This document shows, in pieces, positions 16,869-26,670 of a stretch of 32,000 nt of DNA (positions are counted from its first letter, which is position 1; the number at the start of each line of letters is the position of its first letter). Below the pieces are notes generated by a model that was given only the letters and a program-made list of their open reading frames with translations, was not told the origin of the DNA and made no database searches. A program made the position numbers and the translations under genes. The DNA comes from Desulfocapsa sulfexigens DSM 10523 (lineage in GTDB: Bacteria > Desulfobacterota > Desulfobulbia > Desulfobulbales > Desulfocapsaceae): contig NC_020304.1 in assembly GCF_000341395.1 (NCBI RefSeq), positions 900,001 to 932,000 of the forward strand, in the 5' to 3' direction.

Positions 16869-17051
16869 AACAACGCTTCTCCTGTAGAGGTATTGTATTT
16901 TCTGCCTGCACTCTAAAAACAGACGGTATCAAATAGACGAAATGCAATGAGGTCGGTGCTTTCTCCTTCCCCTTTCAGCATTCATTCCTTATACTGTAAA
17001 TTCGATGATTCTTCAAAGATTAAACATAATTGATACAAAAATCCACTCCAT

Positions 17052-17756
17052 TTGACCATGCAATTTGAGACCCCGCTCCAATCGGCCACACTTGTCAAAC
17101 GCTACAAACGCTTTCTGGCCGATGTAACCACTGCCGAAGGCAGGAAAATTATTGTCTACTGCCCGAACACCGGAACTATGCGAAGCTGTTCAACTCCTGG
17201 TAGTCAAGTAATGCTCTCCACTTCTCCCAACCTTAATCGTAAATACCCTCAGACTCTGGAGATGATACGGGAAAATGACACCTGGATAGGAGTAAACACC
17301 GGGCTCACCAATACAATTGTGGCCGAAGCTATCCATGAGGGCCGCATTAAAGAATTTCAGAATATCGACAGAATAACAAGAGAAATTGTCACCTCAAAAT
17401 CAAGTCGACTCGATCTGCTCCTTGAACAGAGAGACAAAAAAATTTATGTGGAGATAAAAAACTGCTCCCTTGTTGAAGAGGGCTGGGCGATGTTTCCAGA
17501 TGCTGTAACAACACGGGGAACTAAACATCTCGAAGAACTGGCAAGTCTGGTAAAACAGGGACACCAGGGAGTTATCTTTTTTTGCATTCAACGCAGTGAT
17601 GCGGATCGCTTCAGGCCAGCCGCTCATATTGATCCAGTCTACGCCAGCACTCTTGCTGAAGTGAGCAATAAAGGGGTACAGATAATCGCCTATCAAGCAG
17701 AAGTCCGGCCTGAGTCAATCTCTATACGAAAAGCAATCCCCTGCTTTCTCAAATAA
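17052..17756 (+). CDS. sfsA: Sugar fermentation stimulation protein SfsA family (putative DNA-binding/nuclease)
   Basis: VKRYKRFLADVTTAEGRKIIVYCPNTGTMRSCSTPGSQVMLS, SRLDLLLEQRDKKIYVEIKNCSLVEEGWAMFPDAVTTRGTKHLEEL. Confidence 0.92.
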   Translation: MTMQFETPLQSATLVKRYKRFLADVTTAEGRKIIVYCPNTGTMRSCSTPGSQVMLSTSPNLNRKYPQTLEMIRENDTWIGVNTGLTNTIVAEAIHEGRIKEFQNIDRITREIVTSKSSRLDLLLEQRDKKIYVEIKNCSLVEEGWAMFPDAVTTRGTKHLEELASLVKQGHQGVIFFCIQRSDADRFRPAAHIDPVYASTLAEVSNKGVQIIAYQAEVRPESISIRKAIPCFLK

Positions 17757-17771
17757 CACCATATAACAGCC

Positions 17772-18470
17772 ATGATTCCTGACAACAAAAAAGCAGTGAT
17801 TCTTTTCAGTGGAGGCCTTGACTCCACCACCGTTCTCGCTATAGCCAAGGAAGCTGGCTACTCATGCTATTGCCTCAGTTTTCAATATGGCCAGAAACAG
17901 ACTGTTGAGCTGGAAAAAGCCCGGCGAATTGCCGATGCAAGCCAAGTTGCTAAACACCTTATCTTAAACCTCGATCTGGATAAAATCGGTGGTTCTGCTC
18001 TTACAGACTCCATAGACGTCCCTAAAGATAGAGACATGATACATAATGCGGAAGAAATTCCCATTACTTATGTCCCTGCACGGAATATCATCTTTCTGGC
18101 CCACGCTGTGGCCTGGGCAGAGGTACTTGGCGCAACGGAAATTTTTATTGGCATAAATGCAGTGGACTACTCAGGATATCCGGACTGTCGCCCGGAATTT
18201 TTGGAATCTTTCACACAAATGGCAAACCTGGGAACTCGAGCAGGGATTGAGAAAACGGGAAGATTCTCTATTCAGGCCCCCTTACTGAATATGAGTAAGG
18301 CGGAAATTATTAAAACGGGTATTGGGCTCGGGGTTGATTACGCCACAACCCATAGCTGTTATGATCCGGTTAGCGGAAAAGCCTGTGGCAGATGCGACGC
18401 CTGTGTGCTGCGCATGAAGGGCTTCAGCGAAGCCGGGATTGTAGATCCAACTGATTACATCAAGACCTGA
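17772..18470 (+). CDS. queC: 7-cyano-7-deazaguanine synthase QueC
   Basis: [19 protein letters not shown]-loop, [55 protein letters not shown] zinc site. Confidence 0.95.
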   Translation: MIPDNKKAVILFSGGLDSTTVLAIAKEAGYSCYCLSFQYGQKQTVELEKARRIADASQVAKHLILNLDLDKIGGSALTDSIDVPKDRDMIHNAEEIPITYVPARNIIFLAHAVAWAEVLGATEIFIGINAVDYSGYPDCRPEFLESFTQMANLGTRAGIEKTGRFSIQAPLLNMSKAEIIKTGIGLGVDYATTHSCYDPVSGKACGRCDACVLRMKGFSEAGIVDPTDYIKT

Positions 18471-18530
18471 GCCACACTCAGCTGAGTATCTCCTGAAAAA
18501 TATACGTGTCTTCAGGAAGTTGATGCGATT

Positions 18531-19817
18531 TCACGTCAGTTCATTGTGCGTGATCCGGCCTCCCATAACTGTCAGCACTGCTTTCCCCTGCAGTTCCCAA
18601 TCAAGAAAAGGAGAATTCTTCCCCTTGGAAAGAATCGAATCTTCCGTAAAGACATATCTTTTTTCCGGATCAATGACCGTTATATCTGCAACATTTCCCT
18701 GAGCAATCGTTCCACCTTCGACCTGTAAAATTCGTGCCGGGGCTGAAGACATCAGCTCTACCATACGCAGTGCACCAATCACCCCATCCCTGACAAGAGC
18801 CAAGGATAAGGACAATGATGTCTCAAGACCAATAACCCCGTTTGCCGCCCGATCAAACTCGAGTTCTTTTTCCAACACGGAATGGGGGGCATGATCTGTG
18901 GCTATGGCATCGAAGGTACCGTCCTGCAGACCTTTCCTGATTGCCTGCCTGTCTTTTTCTGTCCTCAGGGGAGGATTCATTTTGGCATTGGTATTGTAAT
19001 CGCCAACCGCCTCATCGGTAAGGGTGAAATAATGGGGTGCTGTTTCGGCAGTCACCCGCACGCCTCTTGCCTTCGCTTGAGCGATAAGTTCGGCAGCCGC
19101 CCCGGTACTGACGTGGGCAATATGGATTCGCTGCCCGGTAAGTTCTGCCAGGGCTATCTCCCGATATACCATAATCGCTTCAGCAGCAGCAGGAATTCCG
19201 CGCAACCCGAGACGGGTGGAGACCACCCCTTCATTCATCGAACCATTTCGACTCAATGCCATCTCTTCAGAATGAGAAATCACCAGAAGGTCATGACTTC
19301 CGGCATATTGCATCGCTCGACGCATCAACTGACTATCAAGAACAGGAAGCCCATCGTCACTTACTGCAACAGCGCCTGCTTGCCTCAATTCACCATATTC
19401 TGCAAGCCCCGCCCCCTTGCTTCCCTTGCTGATAGCGCCAACAGGATACACTCTTGCCGAGCCTTCTCTGGTGGCAGCCTTGGTAATAAACTGAGTAACA
19501 GAGGCGCAATCATTTACGGGAGTAGTGTTTGGCATACATGCAACAGCAGTAAAACCTCCTGCCGCAGCAGCCCTGGTACCAGATTTTATAGTTTCCTTAT
19601 ACTCCTCACCCGGCTCCCGGAGATGGACATGCATATCAATAAGCCCAGGAACAATCCACTTCCCATGCACATCATAAACTTCACTGTTTTCAGGGATTTC
19701 TTTCTGTGCAGGAACGATAACACCATCTTCTACCCATAGATCTCCCTTTGCGTCCACACCGGTAACTGGATCGAGAAGACGTCCGTTTTGAAGGATTAAC
19801 CTGTTCACTGTTGTCAT
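18531..19817 (-). CDS. pyrC: Dihydroorotase
   Basis: KWIVPGLIDMHVHLREPGEEYKET, AAAGGFTAVACMPNTTPV, DAIATDHAPH. Confidence 0.94.
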   Translation of the reverse strand: MTTVNRLILQNGRLLDPVTGVDAKGDLWVEDGVIVPAQKEIPENSEVYDVHGKWIVPGLIDMHVHLREPGEEYKETIKSGTRAAAAGGFTAVACMPNTTPVNDCASVTQFITKAATREGSARVYPVGAISKGSKGAGLAEYGELRQAGAVAVSDDGLPVLDSQLMRRAMQYAGSHDLLVISHSEEMALSRNGSMNEGVVSTRLGLRGIPAAAEAIMVYREIALAELTGQRIHIAHVSTGAAAELIAQAKARGVRVTAETAPHYFTLTDEAVGDYNTNAKMNPPLRTEKDRQAIRKGLQDGTFDAIATDHAPHSVLEKELEFDRAANGVIGLETSLSLSLALVRDGVIGALRMVELMSSAPARILQVEGGTIAQGNVADITVIDPEKRYVFTEDSILSKGKNSPFLDWELQGKAVLTVMGGRITHNELT

Positions 19818-19819
19818 GA

Positions 19820-20788
19820 TTATCCTCTCCCTCCTTCCCGTCCCATCACCAGATATAATAACGCCATCCGTACGGCCACACCGTTAGTCACCTGTTCCAG
19901 GATCACAGACCCCTTTCCGTCAGCGACGTCCGGATTCATCTCCACACCACGATTAATAGGGCCGGGGTGCATAACCAGCACATCGGGGCGAGCATGTTTT
20001 TGAAGCAGATTATGGTTAATGCCATAAAACTGGGAATACTCACGAAGCGAAGGAATCAAGGGATCATCCTGACGTTCCCGCTGAATACGAAGAGCCATTA
20101 CAACATCGGCATCTGTCACTGCCTCGACAATGGAGCCACAAACTCTTGCGCCAAGTGCATCAAGTCCAGGAACCATAAACGTCTCAGGGCCTGCAACTCT
20201 TACTTCTGCACCAAGCTTTGTAAAACCGAGAATATCAGAATGAGCGACTCTGCTGTGGGCTATGTCCCCGACAATGGCAATTTTCAGTCCTTCTACGGTT
20301 CCCCTGTGTTCACGAACTGTCATCATATCAAGAAGTGCCTGACTGGGGTGTTCATGAGTTCCGTCTCCAGCATTAATAATTGAAGCCTCTACATGACGGG
20401 CAAGAAGACCAGGTGCACCGGAGCTACCATGCCTGACGATTATAGTATCAGGATTCATGGCCTGGAGATTACGGGCCGTATCAATCAGCGTTTCACCTTT
20501 AGTGGCAGAACTGGTGGATGCAGCAATATTAAAGGTATCTGCACTCATACGTTTCGCCGCTATCTCAAAGGAGAGTCGTGTCCTGGTGGAAGGTTCAAAG
20601 AAAAAATTAATAATAGTCTTTCCCTTCAGGGTGGGAACTTTTTTGATGGAACGGCTGGATATCTCTTTAAAGGAAATCGCTGTATCCAGAATATGAAAGA
20701 TATCGGCAACAGATAGCTGTTCTATTCCAAGGATATGTTTATGCTTGAACTGATAGGCGTCTTTCACGTTTTTTGTACTCACCCTCAA
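19820..20788 (-). CDS. pyrB: Aspartate carbamoyltransferase catalytic subunit
   Basis: [66 protein letters not shown]. Apparent TTG start at 20788-20786 overlapping the lepB stop. Confidence 0.93.
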   Translation of the reverse strand: MRVSTKNVKDAYQFKHKHILGIEQLSVADIFHILDTAISFKEISSRSIKKVPTLKGKTIINFFFEPSTRTRLSFEIAAKRMSADTFNIAASTSSATKGETLIDTARNLQAMNPDTIIVRHGSSGAPGLLARHVEASIINAGDGTHEHPSQALLDMMTVREHRGTVEGLKIAIVGDIAHSRVAHSDILGFTKLGAEVRVAGPETFMVPGLDALGARVCGSIVEAVTDADVVMALRIQRERQDDPLIPSLREYSQFYGINHNLLQKHARPDVLVMHPGPINRGVEMNPDVADGKGSVILEQVTNGVAVRMALLYLVMGREGGRG

Positions 20789-21477
20789 TAGACAATGTTA
20801 CCAATCCGCCCCCAGCGAATGGAAGTAAAACGATCAACTGACATAAGCGGCTCATCAAGATCCCAGGACCAGTATAAAATAAAAGCCTTTCCAAGGACAT
20901 CCTTTAACGGAACAAAGCCCCAGAACCTACTGTCATAGCTGTTATCACGATTATCCCCCATAACAAACAGGGTACCTTCGGGAACTTTTACCGGCCCCAT
21001 ATTATCTCGAGGCCCTGTACCTGCGGCCATAACAGTGCTTTCGGTGAAATGGGCGTGGGGATTAGTAATAGGTTCTCCATTCAAAAAGAGTTGTTTGTCT
21101 TTCACTTCAACAATATCACCGGCAATGCCGACAACCCTTTTTATATAATCAATAGAGCGATCTTTTGGAAAGCGAAAGACCACGACATCGTCACGTTCAG
21201 GACTTTTCCAGGGAATAAGCACGTTTCCCGTCATGGGGATCTTAACCCCATAGATAAATTTATTTACCAATAAATGGTCACCAATCTGAAGAGTTGGCAA
21301 CATGGAACCGGAAGGAATCTTAAAAGCCTGGACAATAAAGCTCCGAATAAAGAGAGCAAGTATAATAGCTATGATAATCGCTTCAACGTACTCGCGAACA
21401 ACTGATTTTTGGGGCTTTTGACTACTCAGCACTGGAAACTCCCATAAAGAGACATTAAAATAACCTGACAACCACAC
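20785..21477 (-). CDS. lepB: Signal peptidase I
   Basis: [24 protein letters not shown] (catalytic Ser), KRVVGIAGD (catalytic Lys), [18 protein letters not shown]. Confidence 0.94.
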   Translation of the reverse strand: MWLSGYFNVSLWEFPVLSSQKPQKSVVREYVEAIIIAIILALFIRSFIVQAFKIPSGSMLPTLQIGDHLLVNKFIYGVKIPMTGNVLIPWKSPERDDVVVFRFPKDRSIDYIKRVVGIAGDIVEVKDKQLFLNGEPITNPHAHFTESTVMAAGTGPRDNMGPVKVPEGTLFVMGDNRDNSYDSRFWGFVPLKDVLGKAFILYWSWDLDEPLMSVDRFTSIRWGRIGNIVY

Positions 21478-21830
21478 AATGAAACAAAACTACTCGAAAG
21501 TAAGACCAATTTCAAGACACCCTACAAAGAGTTGTCACATATAAAATAAAATCAATACCTTCAGCCAGCGCACCTCAGGAGACTACACCACATAGTGAGC
21601 CACGCCTAGGCAGAATACCTATATATAGTACAAAATGACACAATCAATGGTCTTCCCATTATTTAACTACCTGTTTTAGCAACAAGAAAATATCGGCTTT
21701 TATATCACCACTCCTTGACAAACACTTTTTTTTGTGTCCTTAATATAATTTAGTCGTCAATGCCTGTGATCACATAAGACAACATGATTGCAGATATTAT
21801 TATATTTCTCATGCCAATAAATAGATACTC

Positions 21831-22889
21831 ATGAATCTGCCTTTCTTTTCCAGTGAAGACCTTGTTGTCGGTATTGATATCGGCTCCCATGCAATAAAGG
21901 TCTGCCAGCTTAAACGAACCGACAAGGCTTACGCCGTGGTTAATCTGGGTAGCGCAACACTCCCGGAAGGGGCAGTCGATGATGGTACCCTGAACGATTC
22001 TGAAATTGTCGGTAAAACAATAGCCGAACTATTTAAAAGTTTAAAAATAAAGAAGAAAAAAATTGGTTTCTCCATCTCAGGCTATTCAGTTATAGTAAAA
22101 AAGGTTAACCTTGCGGTTATGTCAGAAGAACAACTGGAAGAGCATATTCAGTCTGAAGCAGAACAATATATTCCCTTTGATATTGATGACGTTTACCTTG
22201 ATTTCCAGGATCTTAAAACCAACAGGGAAGATAGTGACAGGACCGATGTCATGCTGGTGGCTGCTAAAAAAGAAATTGTTGATGACTACCTGGAAATGTT
22301 CGAGGATCTGGACCTCAGACCTGTGATCGTTGACGTCGATGGTTTCGCACTGGAAAACACATACGAATACAACTACCCGAAGGATGAAAATGTTGCACTG
22401 GTAGACATTGGCGCGTCCAAGATGAACATCAACATTATCTCCAATGGTATTTCCGTTGTTGCCCGAGACATCGTTGTTGGCAGCCACCAATTGACAGAAC
22501 AGATCCAGGCAGCTTTTGATCTTGAGTTCGAGGAGGCTGAAGCCCTGAAACTTGGCCACATCCCGGCAGAAGAAAAACAGGAAGAGATTGCAGATATCTT
22601 TTCAACGACTTGTACCCAATGGGTGCTTGAAATTAAGAAAGCAATTGATCTTTACCATGCAAACCATTCGGACTCACCTCTAACACGTCTGGTTCTGAGT
22701 GGCGGTGGCTCAAAAGTTTCGGGTCTTATTGATTTTCTTTCCAATGAGACTGGTATATCAGTGGAACTGTTTAACCCTTTTGGTAATATGACCGTCAATG
22801 AGAATAAAATTGATCCGGATTATCTGAAAAACATTGGCCCGGAAATGGCAATTGCAACAGGGATTGCCATCCGTCCATCAGTTATATAG
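21831..22889 (+). CDS. pilM: Type IV pilus assembly protein PilM
   Basis: VVGIDIGSHAIKVCQL, SISGYSVIVKKVNL-type, EQYIPFDIDDVYLDFQ, VDIGASKMNINI, LVLSGGGSKVSGL. Confidence 0.94.
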   Translation: MNLPFFSSEDLVVGIDIGSHAIKVCQLKRTDKAYAVVNLGSATLPEGAVDDGTLNDSEIVGKTIAELFKSLKIKKKKIGFSISGYSVIVKKVNLAVMSEEQLEEHIQSEAEQYIPFDIDDVYLDFQDLKTNREDSDRTDVMLVAAKKEIVDDYLEMFEDLDLRPVIVDVDGFALENTYEYNYPKDENVALVDIGASKMNINIISNGISVVARDIVVGSHQLTEQIQAAFDLEFEEAEALKLGHIPAEEKQEEIADIFSTTCTQWVLEIKKAIDLYHANHSDSPLTRLVLSGGGSKVSGLIDFLSNETGISVELFNPFGNMTVNENKIDPDYLKNIGPEMAIATGIAIRPSVI

Positions 22890-22898
22890 GCTGAAATT

Positions 22899-23471
22899 AT
22901 GCTAAGAATTAACCTCCTTCCCATACGTCAGCTGAAAAAACGCGCCAAGGCGCGTAATCAGATAATAAGTTTCCTCACCCTGCTTATTTTTCTCTTTCTT
23001 ATTTTAGGGACTGTCAGTTTTTTACAAAGCACTCAAATAAAAAACATTGAATCATCGATTGCAGAACTGAAGAGAGAGAAGCAACAGTATGCTCCTATTC
23101 TTGCAGAGATGAAAAAACTTGAGCAGACTAAAAAAGATCTTGAAAACAAAATAGGCATTATTAAAAAGCTCAGAAGAGACTCAGCCATAACGGTCCATAT
23201 CCTGGATGAAGTGGCAAAAAAAGTCGATTCCAAACGAATGTGGCTCAAATCGTTAAAGCAGCAGGGAGCTAATCTGTCCTTAACGGGAGTGGCACTGGAC
23301 AACCAAACTATTGCCCAATTCATGGATGCCCTGAAAGACTCTCCATACATCAGTGAGGTAAATCTTTCAAACGCATCTCTGGCAAAAGTTTCTGGTCGGG
23401 ATTTAAAAAGCTTTTCACTGGCTTGTGACATCGTCAGTCCGCCAGAAGAAAGTCAGAAAAAAGCTAACTAG
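22899..23471 (+). CDS. pilN: Type IV pilus inner-membrane protein PilN
   Basis: MLRINLLPIRQLKKRAKARNQ, single TM, coiled-coil, LKSLKQQGANLSLTGVALDNQTIAQFMDALKDSPYISEVNL. Confidence 0.9.
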   Translation: MLRINLLPIRQLKKRAKARNQIISFLTLLIFLFLILGTVSFLQSTQIKNIESSIAELKREKQQYAPILAEMKKLEQTKKDLENKIGIIKKLRRDSAITVHILDEVAKKVDSKRMWLKSLKQQGANLSLTGVALDNQTIAQFMDALKDSPYISEVNLSNASLAKVSGRDLKSFSLACDIVSPPEESQKKAN

Positions 23472-23495
23472 AACTCAGAATAAACACTGCGGTAT

Positions 23496-24134
23496 ATGAA
23501 AAAGACTAACGCATTCGCGACCTTTATAGACGAGAAATACATCCCGCTTGACAAAAAGCTGAAAATTGCTTTGGCGGTTATTCTCTTTTTACTTCCAGTG
23601 GTTCTCTTTTATTTTTTGTGGCTTCAACCACACTACAAAAACCATGCCCGTCTGACACAGCAGAAGGCTGCAATGACTCAAGAACTCCAGAAAGCGAAGG
23701 CAAAAGCTGCAAACAAGGGCAAATTGCAAGCTGAACTCGATGCCACCGAGGAACTTTTTGCAGAAACTGCAACACTGCTTCCAAAAGAAAAGGAAATCCC
23801 AAGTCTTTTGACAAATATTTCAGCTTTGGGCCGCGGATCTGGACTGGACTTTCTCACCTTCAAACCAAATGCTGATATCCCCAGAGATTTCTATTCTGAG
23901 ATTCCAGTTGACATCAAGGTTCGTGGTCCTTACCACAATATGGGAATTTTCCTGAATCAGGTGAGCAAGCTGGATCGAATAGTGACAGTGGCAAACATTA
24001 ACATGGGGGGTCCTAAAAAAGAGGGCTCAGAAATGCTTCTCAATTCAAGTTGCCGCCTGGTTACTTACCAATTTACCAATGTACAGATCAGCAAACAAGA
24101 AGACCCGAAGAAAAAGCGCAAAAAACGCAGATAA
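23496..24134 (+). CDS. pilO: Type IV pilus inner-membrane protein PilO
   Basis: TM near N-terminus, coiled-coil, LTNISALGRGSGLDFLTFKPNADIPRDFYSEIPVDIKVRGPYHNMGIFLNQVSKLDRIVTVANI. Confidence 0.9.
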   Translation: MKKTNAFATFIDEKYIPLDKKLKIALAVILFLLPVVLFYFLWLQPHYKNHARLTQQKAAMTQELQKAKAKAANKGKLQAELDATEELFAETATLLPKEKEIPSLLTNISALGRGSGLDFLTFKPNADIPRDFYSEIPVDIKVRGPYHNMGIFLNQVSKLDRIVTVANINMGGPKKEGSEMLLNSSCRLVTYQFTNVQISKQEDPKKKRKKRR

Positions 24135-24148
24135 CAGACTGTCAGCCT

Positions 24149-24682
24149 ATGAAAACATCATTCTTAAACACAAGGCCACATTTAGCCAAATCATTAACAT
24201 TTTTATTATTGGGAACAATGCCCATCAGTTCAACGGCACTTGCACTTCCTGTTTCTTCACCCCAGGAAAATCCAACCCAACTGACCTTAGCCTCACCCGG
24301 ACAATCGCCGGAAGCATTTTTTGAATACCGCATTGAAAATAGACCCGATCCTTTCCAGCCTTTTATCTCAGAAAAAGCCACATCAGCAAATATTAATGAA
24401 ATTCTACCGGTTGACGAACAATTATCAGGTATGCAATTGTTTGAGCCAGGACAGTTAAATCTTGTCGCAATAGTCATGACAGGGGATAACGATTTTGCGA
24501 TGGCTGAAGATACAACAGGAAAGGGATATATTCTCCGTACAGGAATGAAAATTGGAAAGCGCGGAATCGTCACCGCCATTCAAACCAACGAAGTCAAGAT
24601 TGAAGAAACTGCTTTTACCAGAGCTGGCAAAAAACTAACAAGCAAAATTGTGATGCTCCTCAAGAAAGAGGGAGAAGAATAA
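24149..24682 (+). CDS. pilP: Type IV pilus protein PilP
   Basis: RPDPFQPF motif, QLFEPGQLNLVAIVMTGDNDFAMAEDTTGKGYILRTGMKIGKRGIVTAIQTNEVKIEE. Start assigned to MKTSFLNTRPH at 24149. Confidence 0.88.
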   Translation: MKTSFLNTRPHLAKSLTFLLLGTMPISSTALALPVSSPQENPTQLTLASPGQSPEAFFEYRIENRPDPFQPFISEKATSANINEILPVDEQLSGMQLFEPGQLNLVAIVMTGDNDFAMAEDTTGKGYILRTGMKIGKRGIVTAIQTNEVKIEETAFTRAGKKLTSKIVMLLKKEGEE

Positions 24683-24685
24683 ACA

Positions 24686-26611
24686 ATGCATACAAAACTT
24701 TCCACGTACTATTTGGCCATTTGCTGTTCACTTTTCCTTCTCCTGACACATTCCGTTCAGGCAGCAGAAACGGGTGTTTACTCAATTCAGAACATTGAAG
24801 CAGATGTACAGGACAACAGCCTGCTCATGGTGCTGAAAGGTGACAGTCCTCCTGCATACACCATGTATGAACTTTTTTCTCCTGCCCGGCTGGTTGTAGA
24901 TATTGCCGATGCTAATTTGAATGAATCTATAGACCTGGCTGAAATTATCCCGGCAAATGATTTCACCACCATAACAATCACTACCCTCAAGGATAAAAGT
25001 CCATCTATTACCCGCTTTGAAATGACCCTTGCGGACAGTCACACCTATAAAGTTGAGCGGGTAGAAAATGACCTTACAATTCGTCTTTTTCCACAGGATA
25101 CAACTGGTACAACAGAACTCAAAGCTGACAAAAATATTGATGCAACTGCCCCCCCCGCACTTCACGACATTGTTGTACGAAAAGATGACAACCAGACCGA
25201 GATCCTCTTTCAGGCAGACCAGGCAATTGAGGATTATAGAGAAGATACCGTAACAGGGCGTGACGGCCTTCCTGATTCCATGTATATCGATATCAACAAT
25301 GTAAATGGTTCCGAATTAATACGTGAAAAAAACATAGGAACAAGCCTTTCTAAAATTCGTGTTGCAACCAGGGGTTCCGGAGTTCGAGTGGTATTTGATG
25401 CAGCCCCTGAAGGACTATTTTCCTATGACATCAAAACAGTTCCACAGGGTTTACTGGTAACCATTAACGAAAAAGGACAACAACAGAATGCTCCAGAGTC
25501 AGTTCCGGCTCCCGAAGAACTCAAAGATAACTCAATAAGTGCTGAAGCGATTACTTCAGATCCAACCCTTGATGCGCTTATAGATTCCTCGGAAGCCGCC
25601 TTGACGCAGAAATCACTAATATCTGAAGAAAATGTGACGGCCGCCGAGGCTATGCAGGATTCATTTGAATTCTCAGGCTACAAGGCAACTCGTATCAGTG
25701 TTGATTTTTACAAAATAGACCTCCATAATGTCTTCAGACTTTTTCGTCAGATCAGTGGTATCAACCTTATCGTCGATGAATCCGTAAACGGTTCTTTAAC
25801 CCTTGCCCTCAATGATGTCCCATGGGATTTTGCTCTCGACATTATATTGAACTTAAAAGATCTAAAAAAAGAAGAACGGCATAATACTGTTGTTATTTAT
25901 CCAGCAAAAAAAGAGTTCGCATGGCCAGAACGTGCGTCTGACAACCTCTCCTTTGAGGCGGACGCTGAAGTCATAGAACAGGAAGCTCTGATCATCCAGC
26001 AGTCAACTAACCAACCCGCAGAAATTATGCAGGCAAAGGAATTACTTCGCAGGGCAAAAATTGAGGAACAAAATAACGACCTCGAAGACGCAGTCAGGTT
26101 ATATGAGCAAGCATTTGCCCTATGGCCCGAAAATGCGAAAATTTCTAACCGACTTGCCGCTCTATACCTTGTTGATCTCAAAATATATGCCAAAGCTATT
26201 CATTTTGCCAAGGAAACACTCAAGATCAATAAAAACGATTATCAGGCAGCGTTGTATGGTGCTATTGCCTCAGCCAACATGGATCAGGTTTCAGAAGCAA
26301 TGGAATATTTCGCACAAAGCATAAGCGGCACCCCACCAATGAAGGAAGCACTTATCAGTTACGCTGCTTTCAGTGAAAAGAAAGAACAACCTGAAGCGGC
26401 ACTGAAACTTCTTAACAAGTACGCAGAAAATTACAGCGATACAGTTGAAACCATGATTTCAAGGGCCAGACTCTATGACACCATGGGACAAACACAAAAA
26501 GCAACAGAGCAGTACAAGTCGTTGTTGTATTCTGGTTATCAGCTGGTTCCAGGGTTGAAGAAATATATCCGCGGCCGATTAGCCATGAAAGACAATCAGA
26601 TTGTTCAATAA
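24686..26611 (+). CDS. PilQ-N-terminus-like protein: signal peptide, two AMIN-like domains, one secretin N-type (STN/N1) domain, C-terminal TPR repeats; no secretin pore domain
   Basis: AMIN-like VYSIQNIEADVQDNSLLMVLKG...PARLVVDIADA and IVVRKDDNQTEILFQAD...; N-domain ISVDFYKIDLHNVFRLFRQISGINLIVDESVNGSLTLALNDVPWDFALDIILNLKDL; TPR-type DLEDAVRLYEQAFALWPENAKISNRLAALYL...KNDYQAALYGAIASANMDQVSEAMEYF. Confidence 0.85.
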   Translation: MHTKLSTYYLAICCSLFLLLTHSVQAAETGVYSIQNIEADVQDNSLLMVLKGDSPPAYTMYELFSPARLVVDIADANLNESIDLAEIIPANDFTTITITTLKDKSPSITRFEMTLADSHTYKVERVENDLTIRLFPQDTTGTTELKADKNIDATAPPALHDIVVRKDDNQTEILFQADQAIEDYREDTVTGRDGLPDSMYIDINNVNGSELIREKNIGTSLSKIRVATRGSGVRVVFDAAPEGLFSYDIKTVPQGLLVTINEKGQQQNAPESVPAPEELKDNSISAEAITSDPTLDALIDSSEAALTQKSLISEENVTAAEAMQDSFEFSGYKATRISVDFYKIDLHNVFRLFRQISGINLIVDESVNGSLTLALNDVPWDFALDIILNLKDLKKEERHNTVVIYPAKKEFAWPERASDNLSFEADAEVIEQEALIIQQSTNQPAEIMQAKELLRRAKIEEQNNDLEDAVRLYEQAFALWPENAKISNRLAALYLVDLKIYAKAIHFAKETLKINKNDYQAALYGAIASANMDQVSEAMEYFAQSISGTPPMKEALISYAAFSEKKEQPEAALKLLNKYAENYSDTVETMISRARLYDTMGQTQKATEQYKSLLYSGYQLVPGLKKYIRGRLAMKDNQIVQ

Positions 26612-26670
26612 TTCAGAATTCTATAGAAATGAGACCAAAACTTTCTTTTTCAATGCCCAAGGGGTTTTCC

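Noticed and set aside
18882-19739. 285-aa plus-strand ORF
   Set aside because: Antisense to pyrC, whose product is a convincing full-length dihydroorotase; the antisense translation has no recognisable domain.
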